A stretch of 64,000 nt of DNA from Gammaproteobacteria bacterium (GCA_965238175.1 CBDEGZ010000003.1:3232001-3296000); one strand, 5' to 3'. Shown: positions 22,210 to 31,957, counted from the stretch's first letter. A program made the numbers and translations. Notes: generated by a model not told the origin, from the sequence alone.

Positions 22210-23490
22210 ATGTCCAAAGATGTCAATTTATCAAAAAGTACTCTGCAATGCGCTTTCTCATTTAAAGAAAACTTTCGTTCTATTTATACACGTAGAGCAT
22301 CTAATTATGCTTCCATCGATGGCATTCGAGCAGTATCAATTATTCTGGTTTTGATCTTCCATACTTTTTTTGTTTATCAACTCGCACACCCAACTGCAAC
22401 CGTCACTTCAATGATTGATGAACTCGGTGGTTACTGGTCATGGGCTTTAAATGGCGATAAGGGGGTTGATGTCTTCTTTGTTATGAGTGGTTTTTTGATC
22501 ACCGGCATTTTACTCCGGACATATACTAAATCTGGCAATATGAACTTGAAGAACTTTTATATTCGACGTTACTTACGTTTAACACCAGCCTACTATTTTA
22601 CACTCATCGTTTATTGGCTAATGAGTGGTCCTCATAGCGAATGGATCTGGGCAAATTTTCTCTATATCAATAATTTTATCCATTACAGTCATCAGGCCGT
22701 CGGATGGACATGGAGCCTTGCTATTGAAGAGCAATTTTATTTTCTCTATCCACTCATTTTGATCGTAATCCTAAAATACTCAAAATCACCTGGTTACATG
22801 ATGCTATGGTTATTTTTTATCTCAATCGTAGTTCGCTTTGGTATTGTAATGACAGATGATGCGATTCGGACTTCACCAGGCAGTCGAATATATACCGATC
22901 ATGATTATTTTAATCACTTCTTCACAGTACTTTATGACAATCTTCATTCGCGTTTTGGTGGCTTACTGGTAGGTTGTATCACCGCTTATAACTTTCATTT
23001 TCATAAGAAAAAGTTAACTGACTTTTTTAATTCTTCTTTGGGAATAATTACCACAATTTTCGGGATTGGAATTGTGCTTTTCTTTATGGCCTTTGCGAAT
23101 TATTTACCCATCTATGACGAGTATCAAAACCTGCATGTGTTGTATTACATCTTCAACCGAAATATATTCTCCACAGGTATTGGCATCATTATTTTAGCCA
23201 TGTTGTTACAACAACATATGATTGCAAATCTTATAAGACGATTCCTCTCCCTCTCTTTTTGGTATCCGTTTGCGACCTTATCTTATTCGCTTTATTTAAT
23301 TCATTTAGTGGTGATGTCCGTCGCTATACCGACCTTGATCAGTTTAACTATCACGATGCCTGTCGAATATCCGTGGTCGATGGCTGAAACACTCACCTAT
23401 GGATTTTTGATCAGCACCGTATTGAGTATGGCGATAGCGTCGATAATGTATTTGTTTATCGAAAAACCAATCATGAACCTAAGACGCTAA
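22210..23490 (+). CDS. Acyltransferase-3 (OafA/YrhL-type) integral membrane acyltransferase, no SGNH domain
   Basis: IDGIRAVSI..H, GVDVFFVMSGFLI, FYIRRYLRL, WSLAIEEQFY, SYSLYLIH and IEKP. Start uncertain (GTG 22198 or ATG 22210). Confidence 0.88.
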   Translation: MSKDVNLSKSTLQCAFSFKENFRSIYTRRASNYASIDGIRAVSIILVLIFHTFFVYQLAHPTATVTSMIDELGGYWSWALNGDKGVDVFFVMSGFLITGILLRTYTKSGNMNLKNFYIRRYLRLTPAYYFTLIVYWLMSGPHSEWIWANFLYINNFIHYSHQAVGWTWSLAIEEQFYFLYPLILIVILKYSKSPGYMMLWLFFISIVVRFGIVMTDDAIRTSPGSRIYTDHDYFNHFFTVLYDNLHSRFGGLLVGCITAYNFHFHKKKLTDFFNSSLGIITTIFGIGIVLFFMAFANYLPIYDEYQNLHVLYYIFNRNIFSTGIGIIILAMLLQQHMIANLIRRFLSLSFWYPFATLSYSLYLIHLVVMSVAIPTLISLTITMPVEYPWSMAETLTYGFLISTVLSMAIASIMYLFIEKPIMNLRR

Positions 23491-23494
23491 GTAA

Positions 23495-23656
23495 AGGAGC
23501 CGCTGATTAATCCATAAACGTTCAATTTGAGCCCAAAATAATCAATCTCATCGTTGCAAAACTTAGCAATAGTCCCGCTATTACTTGCATTTTGCGCCTT
23601 GGCCTTGATTATTTTGAATCTCAAATTGTTTCGCCTAGAATTAATCAGAGGTTCCC
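23495..23656. mobile_element. MITE (about 162 bp) with imperfect terminal inverted repeats and possible TAA target duplication
   Basis: Left end AGGAGCCGCTGATTAATCC versus right-end reverse complement GGGAACCTCTGATTAATTC. Flanked by TAA at 23492-23494 and 23657-23659. Internal hairpin AATAG-TCCCG-CTATT. No transposase. Confidence 0.7.
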
Positions 23657-23671
23657 TAAACGAGATCAAAC

Positions 23672-24754
23672 ATGAAAATTTTAAAAAAGATTTTTTATAC
23701 ACTAATCATACTTGTTGTTCTGGGCGCTGGCTTCATTGCTTATCACATGCAATACCACGCAGATATGACGATTGTTGAAGTGATACCTGATGATGAAGAA
23801 AAAGAAATTCAGCGCTCAGTTGATAACTTCTTAGGCATCATAAAAACATTCCAAACAGATATAGCACATCGAGGTGCACACGCTAAAGGTCATGCTTGTG
23901 TAAAAGCATATTTTGATATTAATAAAAATCTTGATCCTGAATTACAACAGGGAATTTTTAAACAAGATGGGAAACGCTTTAAAGCATGGATCCGATTCTC
24001 TAATGGTACACCACGCATTGCAGCTGATTCCGAAAAAGACTCACGCGGTATTGCCATTAAATTATTGAATGTTGTTGAACAAAATAAAACCCAGGAGTTT
24101 TTATTACATAACAGTCCCGCTTTCTTTTCCGTTGATCTAAAAGACTATAATGGTTTAGTTGAAAGTGAAAATAAAATGAAATATTTTTTAGCTGGCTACA
24201 ATCCGTTTAAATGGCGACTACGAGAGCTATCTCACGTTTTGGATACCTTAGCCACCCCATCCTATAGCCCTCTCTGGGATAAATATTTCAGTAACACGGC
24301 GTATAAATTTGGATCAAAAAACGTTAAGTATAAAGTCCAATCCTGCCAGTCTTTAAATCTAGTCAATGTTGATAAAGAACAAGATCAAACTGATGCTGAT
24401 TTTTTACGCAAAACCCTGGCCAGTGAATTAAATGCCAACAACGCTTGCATGCAATTTATGGTTCAAGTTCAAAATCCCAAAAAATATATGCCTATTGAAG
24501 ATCCAAGTGTTTTATGGAAAGAATCGGATTCGCCTTATCAACAAGTTGCAACCATCACTATACTTAAACAAGAAATTGATTCAGCCAAACAGCAGCAATT
24601 TTGTGAAAACTTATCCTTTTCACCCTGGAATGGTTTGGATGAGCATCGCCCAATCGGTGCGCTGAACCGAGTTAGAAAAGTGGTTTATAAAGCAAGCTCT
24701 ATGTATCGGCACCAGTTTAATAAAGTAGAAGTACTTGAATCTTTGAATTGGTGA
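23672..24754 (+). CDS. Short catalase-related heme protein with N-terminal membrane anchor
   Basis: RGAHAKGHAC (distal His), WIRFSN, RGIAIKL, PIED, FSPW and HRPIGALNRVRKVVY (RxxxY proximal Tyr). Hydrophobic residues 7-24. Confidence 0.85.
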   Translation: MKILKKIFYTLIILVVLGAGFIAYHMQYHADMTIVEVIPDDEEKEIQRSVDNFLGIIKTFQTDIAHRGAHAKGHACVKAYFDINKNLDPELQQGIFKQDGKRFKAWIRFSNGTPRIAADSEKDSRGIAIKLLNVVEQNKTQEFLLHNSPAFFSVDLKDYNGLVESENKMKYFLAGYNPFKWRLRELSHVLDTLATPSYSPLWDKYFSNTAYKFGSKNVKYKVQSCQSLNLVNVDKEQDQTDADFLRKTLASELNANNACMQFMVQVQNPKKYMPIEDPSVLWKESDSPYQQVATITILKQEIDSAKQQQFCENLSFSPWNGLDEHRPIGALNRVRKVVYKASSMYRHQFNKVEVLESLNW

Positions 24755-24779
24755 TTTTGAAATTTTTTATTAGCCGTAT

Positions 24780-24813
24780 AAAAAAACGAAGATGACATTC
24801 GTCACCCCCGTTT
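24780..24813 (-). terminator. Intrinsic terminator of the HhH/OmpA operon, possibly bidirectional
   Basis: Minus strand ACGGGGGTGAC-GAAT-GTCATCTTCGT-TTTTT. Confidence 0.75.
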
Positions 24814-24841
24814 AGTCAAGTCTTTAATCTTACTTACTTTT

Positions 24842-26374
24842 CTACTGATTAGAATAACCTATATTGATTTCCACTCGGCGAGCTTCTGAAGGCTCACCGG
24901 TTCCTGTGGTTTCAACTGGTTTCTCGGAAATAATACGATCAGCAGAAATACCTGCAGCCCTTAACATTTTAACAGCCGTTTTCGCACGTCTTTGAGCCAG
25001 ATCCTGATTATAAAGGGCGTCACCACTAGGATCATGATAACCAGAAACAAATGCTATCGCCCCCGGGTTATTGTTCATATAAGTAACTACGCTATCTAAG
25101 GAATTATTACTGTCATCAGGACTTCCATCCTTATCCACTCCAAAGTAGAGCCGTGCGGCTGGCACAAATGCCGCCCCCAGCTCCAACTCAGCCACAACTT
25201 TCCCGGGCCCGGGAATAAATTGAACAGGCTCAGAAACAACAATCCTACGAGTTGCTATAGATGTGTTTCCTGCACTATCTGTTGCCGAATAAATAAGAAC
25301 ATGAGCGCCAACGCGGCTAGTGTTAACCACACCTTGAGTAATCACTGATAGATTACCATCCGTTGCATCATGCGCTTTTGCCCCAGGATCCGAGTAATTT
25401 TGACCTCTCTCCAAATATTTCACGGGACTATCATTCAAAGTGATAACAGGTGCCGTCGCATCAGCGGCTTCTACAACGACTCTACGCGTTTTTGTCGCAG
25501 CATTTCCAGCTGAGTCAGTAACGTTATAAGAGATTTTATATTCACCTGGCGTATTTGTGTCTACAGTACCCATAGTTGTGACTTTGAGAGCGCCATCATT
25601 TGCATCAACAGCTATTGCACCATGCTCTACATACTGAGAGCCTGATTTCAAATAAATGACTGAAGCATCATTCAAACTAATAATAGGCGCTGCTCTGTCT
25701 GGATCAATAACAACCACTTTACGCATTGCAGTCGAAGTATTTCCAGCCGAATCCGTAGCTAAATAATTAATTGCATATTCACCCGCTGTCCCTGTATCGA
25801 CCATACCTTCAGTTTTTACAGAGATATCACCATCGAGCTCATCAACTGCTGAAACACCTGCTTCTATATACTCTTCACCGGTTTTTAAATATACCGTTGG
25901 CACACCACCCAAAGTAATCAAGGGTGCTGCAGTATCATCAGGATCAGAAACAATCACTTTACGTGTTTCTGTCGCTGTGTTCCCTGCCCCGTCCGTGACG
26001 CTATAGGTGATCATGTATTCTCCAGCAGTTTTAGTATCAACCATACCTCCTGTTGTCACGGCAACATTACCATCAACACCATCAACGGCTCGTGCTCCGG
26101 GGTCAACATATTGTTGACCCGTCGTTAAATGCAAAACAGGATCATTATTTAAGGTAATCAGCGGAGCGATTGTATCTGGTGCCGTGATCAATTTTTCGAC
26201 AGTTTTAACCTCTGTTCTAACTTCAACAGGAACAGGACAAGCCTTACCGCCTGGCCCGTATCCCATAAACCATGTGATCAACAAAAAAAGAAATAACAGT
26301 ATCGCTACAATCCACCACAAACTGCGAAAACCAGCCCAATGGGGTGAGATATATTCTTCGTTATGATTAGTCAT
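24842..26374 (-). CDS. Single-pass membrane protein with 4 DUF5011-like Ig repeats and a C-terminal OmpA-like peptidoglycan-binding domain
   Basis: TM at aa 18-37. Four repeats of about 79 aa, APxIxL...YxxxG..AxD..DG...V[DN]T...G...xY..TDxAGN...R. C-terminal LYFG, SGYHD, NQDLAQRRA and ARRVEI. Confidence 0.85.
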   Translation of the reverse strand: MTNHNEEYISPHWAGFRSLWWIVAILLFLFLLITWFMGYGPGGKACPVPVEVRTEVKTVEKLITAPDTIAPLITLNNDPVLHLTTGQQYVDPGARAVDGVDGNVAVTTGGMVDTKTAGEYMITYSVTDGAGNTATETRKVIVSDPDDTAAPLITLGGVPTVYLKTGEEYIEAGVSAVDELDGDISVKTEGMVDTGTAGEYAINYLATDSAGNTSTAMRKVVVIDPDRAAPIISLNDASVIYLKSGSQYVEHGAIAVDANDGALKVTTMGTVDTNTPGEYKISYNVTDSAGNAATKTRRVVVEAADATAPVITLNDSPVKYLERGQNYSDPGAKAHDATDGNLSVITQGVVNTSRVGAHVLIYSATDSAGNTSIATRRIVVSEPVQFIPGPGKVVAELELGAAFVPAARLYFGVDKDGSPDDSNNSLDSVVTYMNNNPGAIAFVSGYHDPSGDALYNQDLAQRRAKTAVKMLRAAGISADRIISEKPVETTGTGEPSEARRVEINIGYSNQ

Positions 26375-26376
26375 GA

Positions 26377-27393
26377 CTATTCCTTACCTCCATCAAGTTC
26401 ATCTTGCCATTTTTTCAGTGCTTGCCATTCATTCTTAGCGGCGAGATCAGATTGTTCCGGCCAAGTACCAGGAACTGCAAGAGAAAAATTTGGCCCTGCT
26501 TTATCCAGAGTTTCTTGAATAGAGGCAACGACTGTACTGGCAAGTTCAGCGTAGGTATGGATACCATCAGCATGTAGTAGTTCATTAATTTTCGGGCCTA
26601 TACCCTCAACGACTGTAAAATCATCTCTATCTCCTTTACGTCTAATTCTAAAACCAGCCGCTTTTGCTTGATCAAGATCCGCAACCGATCCTTTAGGAGC
26701 TGCTGCTAGGCGGTAAGCTTGTAACTCTCCTTCAAGTTCTTGAATCCTTGCAGAATCATTTGAAGATGAACCATTGCCTGAACTGTTTGAAGATGCATCA
26801 GGGTAAACACCACCATCAAGAATATCTTGTAATGCTTTTAGAGCAGGCCAACGGTTTGATGCGGCAAGATTAGCTTGATCAGGCCAAGTGCCAGGGTTAG
26901 CCATCTGATAATTTGAACCTGCCTTGTCTAGAATTTTTTGGATATAAGAAGGATCTGTTTCTGACAATTCTCGGAAGGTATGAATACCATCAGCATGGAT
27001 CAGATCATTAATTTTCGGACCGATACCTTCAATGGCAGTGAAATCATCTTCTTTTTTAATCGTGATTCCAGCCGCTCGAGCTGCAGGCAAATCAATTGCC
27101 GGACCACGTTTCCAAACGTTGATTTCATCCTGGAGTAGATCGATTCTTTTCAAATGTTCCGGATTATCAACTAACTTTTCCACTTCAACTGTCGCAGGTT
27201 TTGTATTTTCGAGTTTTGAAATAAGCGCCAAGTGCTTTGGATTATCAACTATTCTTTCAACTTCAACTTCTTTTTCGACAATCCTTTCTACTGGTGGCTC
27301 TCCATACTTAAGTCGACGCGCAAACCAACCACTGAGTAACCAGCCGATCAAACCGCCAGCCAACCAGGGCCATAACTTACAAAGTAATAACAT
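26377..27393 (-). CDS. Membrane-anchored protein with two tandem helix-hairpin-helix (DUF4332-like) domains
   Basis: N-terminal TM, V/E/K-rich stalk, and two copies of DDFTxxEGIGPKINxLxHADGIHT...LDKAG...PGTWPxQ..LAA...W.ALK..QD.LDGG. AAGGGAG SD. Confidence 0.85.
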   Translation of the reverse strand: MLLLCKLWPWLAGGLIGWLLSGWFARRLKYGEPPVERIVEKEVEVERIVDNPKHLALISKLENTKPATVEVEKLVDNPEHLKRIDLLQDEINVWKRGPAIDLPAARAAGITIKKEDDFTAIEGIGPKINDLIHADGIHTFRELSETDPSYIQKILDKAGSNYQMANPGTWPDQANLAASNRWPALKALQDILDGGVYPDASSNSSGNGSSSNDSARIQELEGELQAYRLAAAPKGSVADLDQAKAAGFRIRRKGDRDDFTVVEGIGPKINELLHADGIHTYAELASTVVASIQETLDKAGPNFSLAVPGTWPEQSDLAAKNEWQALKKWQDELDGGKE

Positions 27394-27591
27394 ATTTTTC
27401 TCCCTTTCAGAGATTATTATTGCGTCATCAATATATGCCGATGACGTTCTTATTTTGGTGTTGATTCGTCTATAAGACCTATTCAGGTTTCATTACTATG
27501 TTTTACTAACACCCCTAGTCCATTTCTATAGAACTGGCACCATTTTAAACCCAGCTCTTTCATATTTGTCAAATTTCTGACATCACTGTGT

Positions 27592-29712
27592 CTATTCGAT
27601 TATCGGACTGTCGGTTTTTGAAATGTTTTTTAGCCGTTCCAAAAGATCTAACCAATCTACTTCATGGTTAAATCCTTTGATGTTAAGCCAGGGAGGTAAA
27701 AAACCACGTTTAACAATATAGTAATAACCATTATCTGCTTTCTCGATACCATCCATATAACAAATGGAATCGACCAACTTGCAGCTCAATCCCAATTTCG
27801 AATAGGGAAAATCTTCAAAGATACCAAGCACACCTCTCGAAATGACATTAGCCTCACCGCCTCCGCCAATGCTGGTTAAGTTATCAATCGCACGTTGGCT
27901 GATCCGGTGGTGAGATTTATCATTCTCCGGCGTCCCAAAATAAGCGTCAAAGTTTACAGGTTGCCAGGTGTCAAGACGCATATCATGCATATAACCACTA
28001 AGCTTGCCGGTAATATCACCAAATTCAAACGTTTTGGTAAGAATTCCAAGGTCAAGATTTTCTACAGACAGATCTGCATACAACGTCGGAATAAGATCAA
28101 ATAAACCTTCTATTCTCAGCTTGCTTATTACAATATCTCCGTCAAAAACATTGATATGTAACTGACCCTCACTCGTCAAGTTTCCCTGATGAAATGATAC
28201 TCCCGGTATCTCACCAGAAATATCACCTGCCATAAGTGGCCAGCCTAAGCTCTCAGTAAATTCACTTAAGGTAATCGATGTCAGTTTGCTATTTATGTGG
28301 ACGGAATAATCAGCGAAACCCAGCTCCTTCATCTCAAGTTTATCCACATGAAGCGCGCCATCAAAAACTGGGATAACCATTTTCTCTCGAAGTGACATTG
28401 AGCGTCCTTTAGATGACAACTTCATTTCACTCGCGCCAATATTCATTTTATAAATTGATCCGCCTTGCCACTGCATTGCAGAACCTTTTACGTTTGGATC
28501 ACTATTCAAACGTATATCACCATCCAAACCGGCAACATGAAATCGACCTGCCTTATCTTCAACAAAAACATCTTCCATCATAAGATGAAAATCCGTAATA
28601 CCACTTGCGGACATAATTACTTTTAAATTAGTTTCACCAACAATCTCCAATTGATCGAGTCCACTCCCAAACAGTAAAGGTTGTAAATAAACAGGAAAGA
28701 CTGTTTGCAGATCCTGGGTATTCAATTCAAATGTGAGATCTTCTATAGATGATTCTTTAGGCGGTTCCTTTTTAGAATTAATAATGCCATTAGATTTAAT
28801 CGTCACGACATCGGGGTGATCAAATAACAAGTTATGAATTTTTATTTGATCATGCTGCCAGCTCCCATTTGATGACAAAGTAATTGGCTTCGACTCTGGG
28901 GAAAACAAAAATCCTGGTGAAACTTCACCAATGGTAAAACCGGGTTCTATATAAATGGCACCAGCGATCAATTCCAATATTTCTCTGAAGTGATACTCAG
29001 CACCTTTTTTTTCAACGAAAATGTCTAAACTCGCATCCAGTTCTTCAGCAACGGAGTTACCATCAAAACCAAGAGCAAAAGCTCGCAGGCTTATATTCGC
29101 GGAGCGGAGATTTGTATCCCACCCATTTGCGATCACGTTTAAATTTATGAGCCCTGTTTCATCAGATGTCACATCTGGCAAATCAACAAACGATGTGGCG
29201 ATCTGTTTTAAAGCCGCAACTCCGAGTGATTTTCCTTTAAGCGCAATTTCCCAACGTTTATCCTTCAACTTTAAATCAAGATCAAGGCGACCTTTTGCTA
29301 GCTGCAAATTTTTGATCGAGGCTTCAAGTTGATCATTTTCCTGATCAAATAAGAAATCAAGCTGCCCTTTTAACCTTCCAAGTTGTGCGTGCTTTACAGA
29401 AAGGTTTCCTGATAGACATTCTAGTTTTTTAAACTGCAGATAATATTGATGTGAAGAAACTGGACAGCTTATGGAAATTTGTTTGAGGTCGATCCCTGTA
29501 GCAGACTTTATTTGTTCTATCGAGATCATTAATTCCGGGATGCTTGTAGACGAACTTTCAGGAAAAATCTCAAACTGAAAACGAAGGTTATTAAGTTTCC
29601 AACCAGAAAACTCAGCCTCTTCAATTTCAAAATCAAAAAGATCAAATCCACTGGTTTTTGTAACTAGAACACTTGAAATCAGTAACAAAAAAATCAAGCA
29701 TATTTTTATCAT
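27592..29712 (-). CDS. YdbH/AsmA-like beta-rich periplasmic protein
   Basis: N-terminal signal anchor, alternating beta-strand pattern, and C-terminal block FGDITGKLSG...ISQRAIDNLTSIGGG...FPYSKLG...VDWLDLLERL. Confidence 0.6.
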   Translation of the reverse strand: MIKICLIFLLLISSVLVTKTSGFDLFDFEIEEAEFSGWKLNNLRFQFEIFPESSSTSIPELMISIEQIKSATGIDLKQISISCPVSSHQYYLQFKKLECLSGNLSVKHAQLGRLKGQLDFLFDQENDQLEASIKNLQLAKGRLDLDLKLKDKRWEIALKGKSLGVAALKQIATSFVDLPDVTSDETGLINLNVIANGWDTNLRSANISLRAFALGFDGNSVAEELDASLDIFVEKKGAEYHFREILELIAGAIYIEPGFTIGEVSPGFLFSPESKPITLSSNGSWQHDQIKIHNLLFDHPDVVTIKSNGIINSKKEPPKESSIEDLTFELNTQDLQTVFPVYLQPLLFGSGLDQLEIVGETNLKVIMSASGITDFHLMMEDVFVEDKAGRFHVAGLDGDIRLNSDPNVKGSAMQWQGGSIYKMNIGASEMKLSSKGRSMSLREKMVIPVFDGALHVDKLEMKELGFADYSVHINSKLTSITLSEFTESLGWPLMAGDISGEIPGVSFHQGNLTSEGQLHINVFDGDIVISKLRIEGLFDLIPTLYADLSVENLDLGILTKTFEFGDITGKLSGYMHDMRLDTWQPVNFDAYFGTPENDKSHHRISQRAIDNLTSIGGGGEANVISRGVLGIFEDFPYSKLGLSCKLVDSICYMDGIEKADNGYYYIVKRGFLPPWLNIKGFNHEVDWLDLLERLKNISKTDSPIIE

Positions 29713-29726
29713 CGATAATCCTTATC

Positions 29727-30644
29727 TCAACCAGGGAAAACTCCAGTGGAAATATATCGATCACCTCGATCACAAACAATAACCGCAATCACCGCATTCT
29801 CTACCTGCTCAGATAAACGCAAAGCAGCCGCAACAGCACCACCGGAAGACACACCACAAAATATCCCTTCCTGTGTACCTAACTGACGCATGGTTTCTTC
29901 TGCCGTTTTTTGATCCATATCGAGTACTTTATCAACACGAGTAGCATCGTATATCTTGGGTAAATATTCTTCAGGCCAACGACGTATTCCTGGAATACTC
30001 GCATCTCCTTCAGGCTGAACACCAATAATCTGAATTTCGGGGTTAACACTTTTCAAATATTTTGACGTTCCCATAATCGTGCCCGTTGTTCCCATCGAAC
30101 TCACAAAATGGGTCAGTTTGCCTTGCGTATCTCGCCACAATTCTGGCCCAGTGCCTTCAAAATGCGCACGCGGATTATCGGGATTAGAAAATTGATCAAG
30201 AACAATACCTTCTCCTTGAGCCTCCATCTGTCTTGAAAGATCAATCGCAGATTCCATACTACCTTCTGCAGGCGTAAGAATTATTTCTGCACCATAGGCT
30301 TTCATCGAGGCACGTCGTTCTTCACTCATATTATCCGGCATGATCAAGATCATACGATAACCTTTGATGGCTGCGGCCATCGCAAGAGCAATGCCCGTAT
30401 TACCACTTGTTGCTTCGATCAAGGTATCACCCGTTTTTATATCGCCGCGTTTTTCAGCATGAAGGATCATACTGAGCGCGGGCCGATCTTTTACTGACCC
30501 AGCGGGATTATCACCTTCCAACTTGACCAGGATTGTATTGCTCGGATGTCCTTGTTTTTTAGGTATCCGTTGTAAGCGTACTAGTGGCGTATTACCAACA
30601 AAATCTTCAATCGTCGGAAAATTATTTAAAAAGGTATTATCCAT
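29727..30644 (-). CDS. cysM: Cysteine synthase B
   Basis: VGNTPLVRLQR, KLEGDNPAGSVKDR, SSMGTTGT, IPGIRRWP and CDRGDRY. Confidence 0.96.
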   Translation of the reverse strand: MDNTFLNNFPTIEDFVGNTPLVRLQRIPKKQGHPSNTILVKLEGDNPAGSVKDRPALSMILHAEKRGDIKTGDTLIEATSGNTGIALAMAAAIKGYRMILIMPDNMSEERRASMKAYGAEIILTPAEGSMESAIDLSRQMEAQGEGIVLDQFSNPDNPRAHFEGTGPELWRDTQGKLTHFVSSMGTTGTIMGTSKYLKSVNPEIQIIGVQPEGDASIPGIRRWPEEYLPKIYDATRVDKVLDMDQKTAEETMRQLGTQEGIFCGVSSGGAVAAALRLSEQVENAVIAVIVCDRGDRYISTGVFPG

Positions 30645-30656
30645 ATAATGTATTAC

Positions 30657-31127
30657 TCATATAAATAATTCCTTCGCCATAATGATCGCATCTTCCCGAC
30701 CATCAATCGTCGGATAATAACCTTTGCGTAAACCCACTTCTGAAAAGCCTTCCTCTTCATACAAGTGATATGCAGCTACATTGCTCATTCGCACTTCCAG
30801 AAAAACAGTCGCAGCTTTTTGAATTCGCGAAATTTCTAGTAAGTGATTTAACAATATTCGTCCCAAACCATAACGACGATAATCTTTCCTTATACAAATA
30901 TTTAAGATATGCGCCTCACCAACTGCGGCCGTCATGACACCATAACCAACAATTCTCTGAGCATATTCAAGCACCCAACAGCCATAGCCAACTTTCAAAC
31001 AATCCTTATAAATGGTTTCTTTCCACGGAAATTCATAAGACACCATCTCAATCTCCATCACACTATCAATATCTTCTAATTGCATGGGTCGAATATCTGA
31101 TAAAACAAGATTGCTGGCGGTACTCAT
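30657..31127 (-). CDS. rimI: Ribosomal protein S18 N-acetyltransferase
   Basis: FPW, EAHILNI, FLEVRMSN, RKGYYP and REDAIIM. ATGA overlap with the upstream gene. Confidence 0.93.
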   Translation of the reverse strand: MSTASNLVLSDIRPMQLEDIDSVMEIEMVSYEFPWKETIYKDCLKVGYGCWVLEYAQRIVGYGVMTAAVGEAHILNICIRKDYRRYGLGRILLNHLLEISRIQKAATVFLEVRMSNVAAYHLYEEEGFSEVGLRKGYYPTIDGREDAIIMAKELFI

Positions 31128-31957
31128 ATTTCCCCCATCAGAGACTTTGCTAATAATAAATCTTCCCATGATTTATATTTTTGTGTTGGGGATCGCAATA
31201 AATAAGCCGGATGATAAGTGACGACGACGGGAATATTCTGCGGTTCATAAGTATAATTTTTACCACGCATTTTCCCAATTGGCGTATCTACTTTTAGTAA
31301 ATTTTGCGCTGCAATCCTCCCTACGCATAGAATAATTTTAGGTTTGATCAATTCAACCTGTCGTTGTAGGTAAGCAGAACAAGAAACCACTTCCTCTGAT
31401 CTTGGATCACGATTACCTGGCGGTCGACATTTAAGAATATTCGCAATAAATACCTGCTCACGAGATAAACCAATCGCCATTAACATCGAGTTTAAAAGTT
31501 GTCCTGCACGCCCAACAAAAGGTTCGCCTTGACGATCCTCCTCTGCACCAGGAGCTTCACCAATAATCAACCAATCGGCATTTTGATTTCCGACACCAAA
31601 AACAACTTGTGTTCGTGTTGTATGCAGATCACATTTAATACAACTAGCAACTCGGTTTTGGAGCACATCCCAAGTGTCATTGTTGATCTCTACAACATCC
31701 TGAGTTTCAAACCTTTGGACTTCAATATGATCTTCGTGAGACAAATTTTCATCACCCTCAATAGGTGATTTTTCAATCGCCATATTGCTTGATTGAATGT
31801 GGGTTGATTGTGTATGGGGCGCTTCAACAATTTGATCAATATCATTATCTTTTTCAACCGCAATCTGATTACTCACGTCAAACTTCTCAGCGTTCGTATC
31901 CCGCCTGACCCAAACGTCAATTCCCATGGCATTCAGGTAAGCGAGTTTTTGACTCAC
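31124..31957 (-). CDS. Family-4 uracil-DNA glycosylase with psi(HolD)-like N-terminal peptide and acidic linker
   Basis: [28 protein letters not shown] and [10 protein letters not shown]-terminus [18 protein letters not shown] overlap with leuA. Confidence 0.9.
   Translation of the reverse strand: MSQKLAYLNAMGIDVWVRRDTNAEKFDVSNQIAVEKDNDIDQIVEAPHTQSTHIQSSNMAIEKSPIEGDENLSHEDHIEVQRFETQDVVEINNDTWDVLQNRVASCIKCDLHTTRTQVVFGVGNQNADWLIIGEAPGAEEDRQGEPFVGRAGQLLNSMLMAIGLSREQVFIANILKCRPPGNRDPRSEEVVSCSAYLQRQVELIKPKIILCVGRIAAQNLLKVDTPIGKMRGKNYTYEPQNIPVVVTYHPAYLLRSPTQKYKSWEDLLLAKSLMGEI

Noticed and set aside
23487-23778. ORFs 23487..23702 (-) and 23554..23778 (+)
   Set aside because: They run through the MITE and overlap the real genes, with no recognisable motifs.
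25230-26180. Repeats of about 240 bp period as a possible array
   Set aside because: They are diverged protein-coding Ig domains, with no identical DNA repeats or spacers.
27534-27550. CTGGCAC as a sigma54 -24 box
   Set aside because: No TTGC at -12, and it points antisense to both flanking genes.
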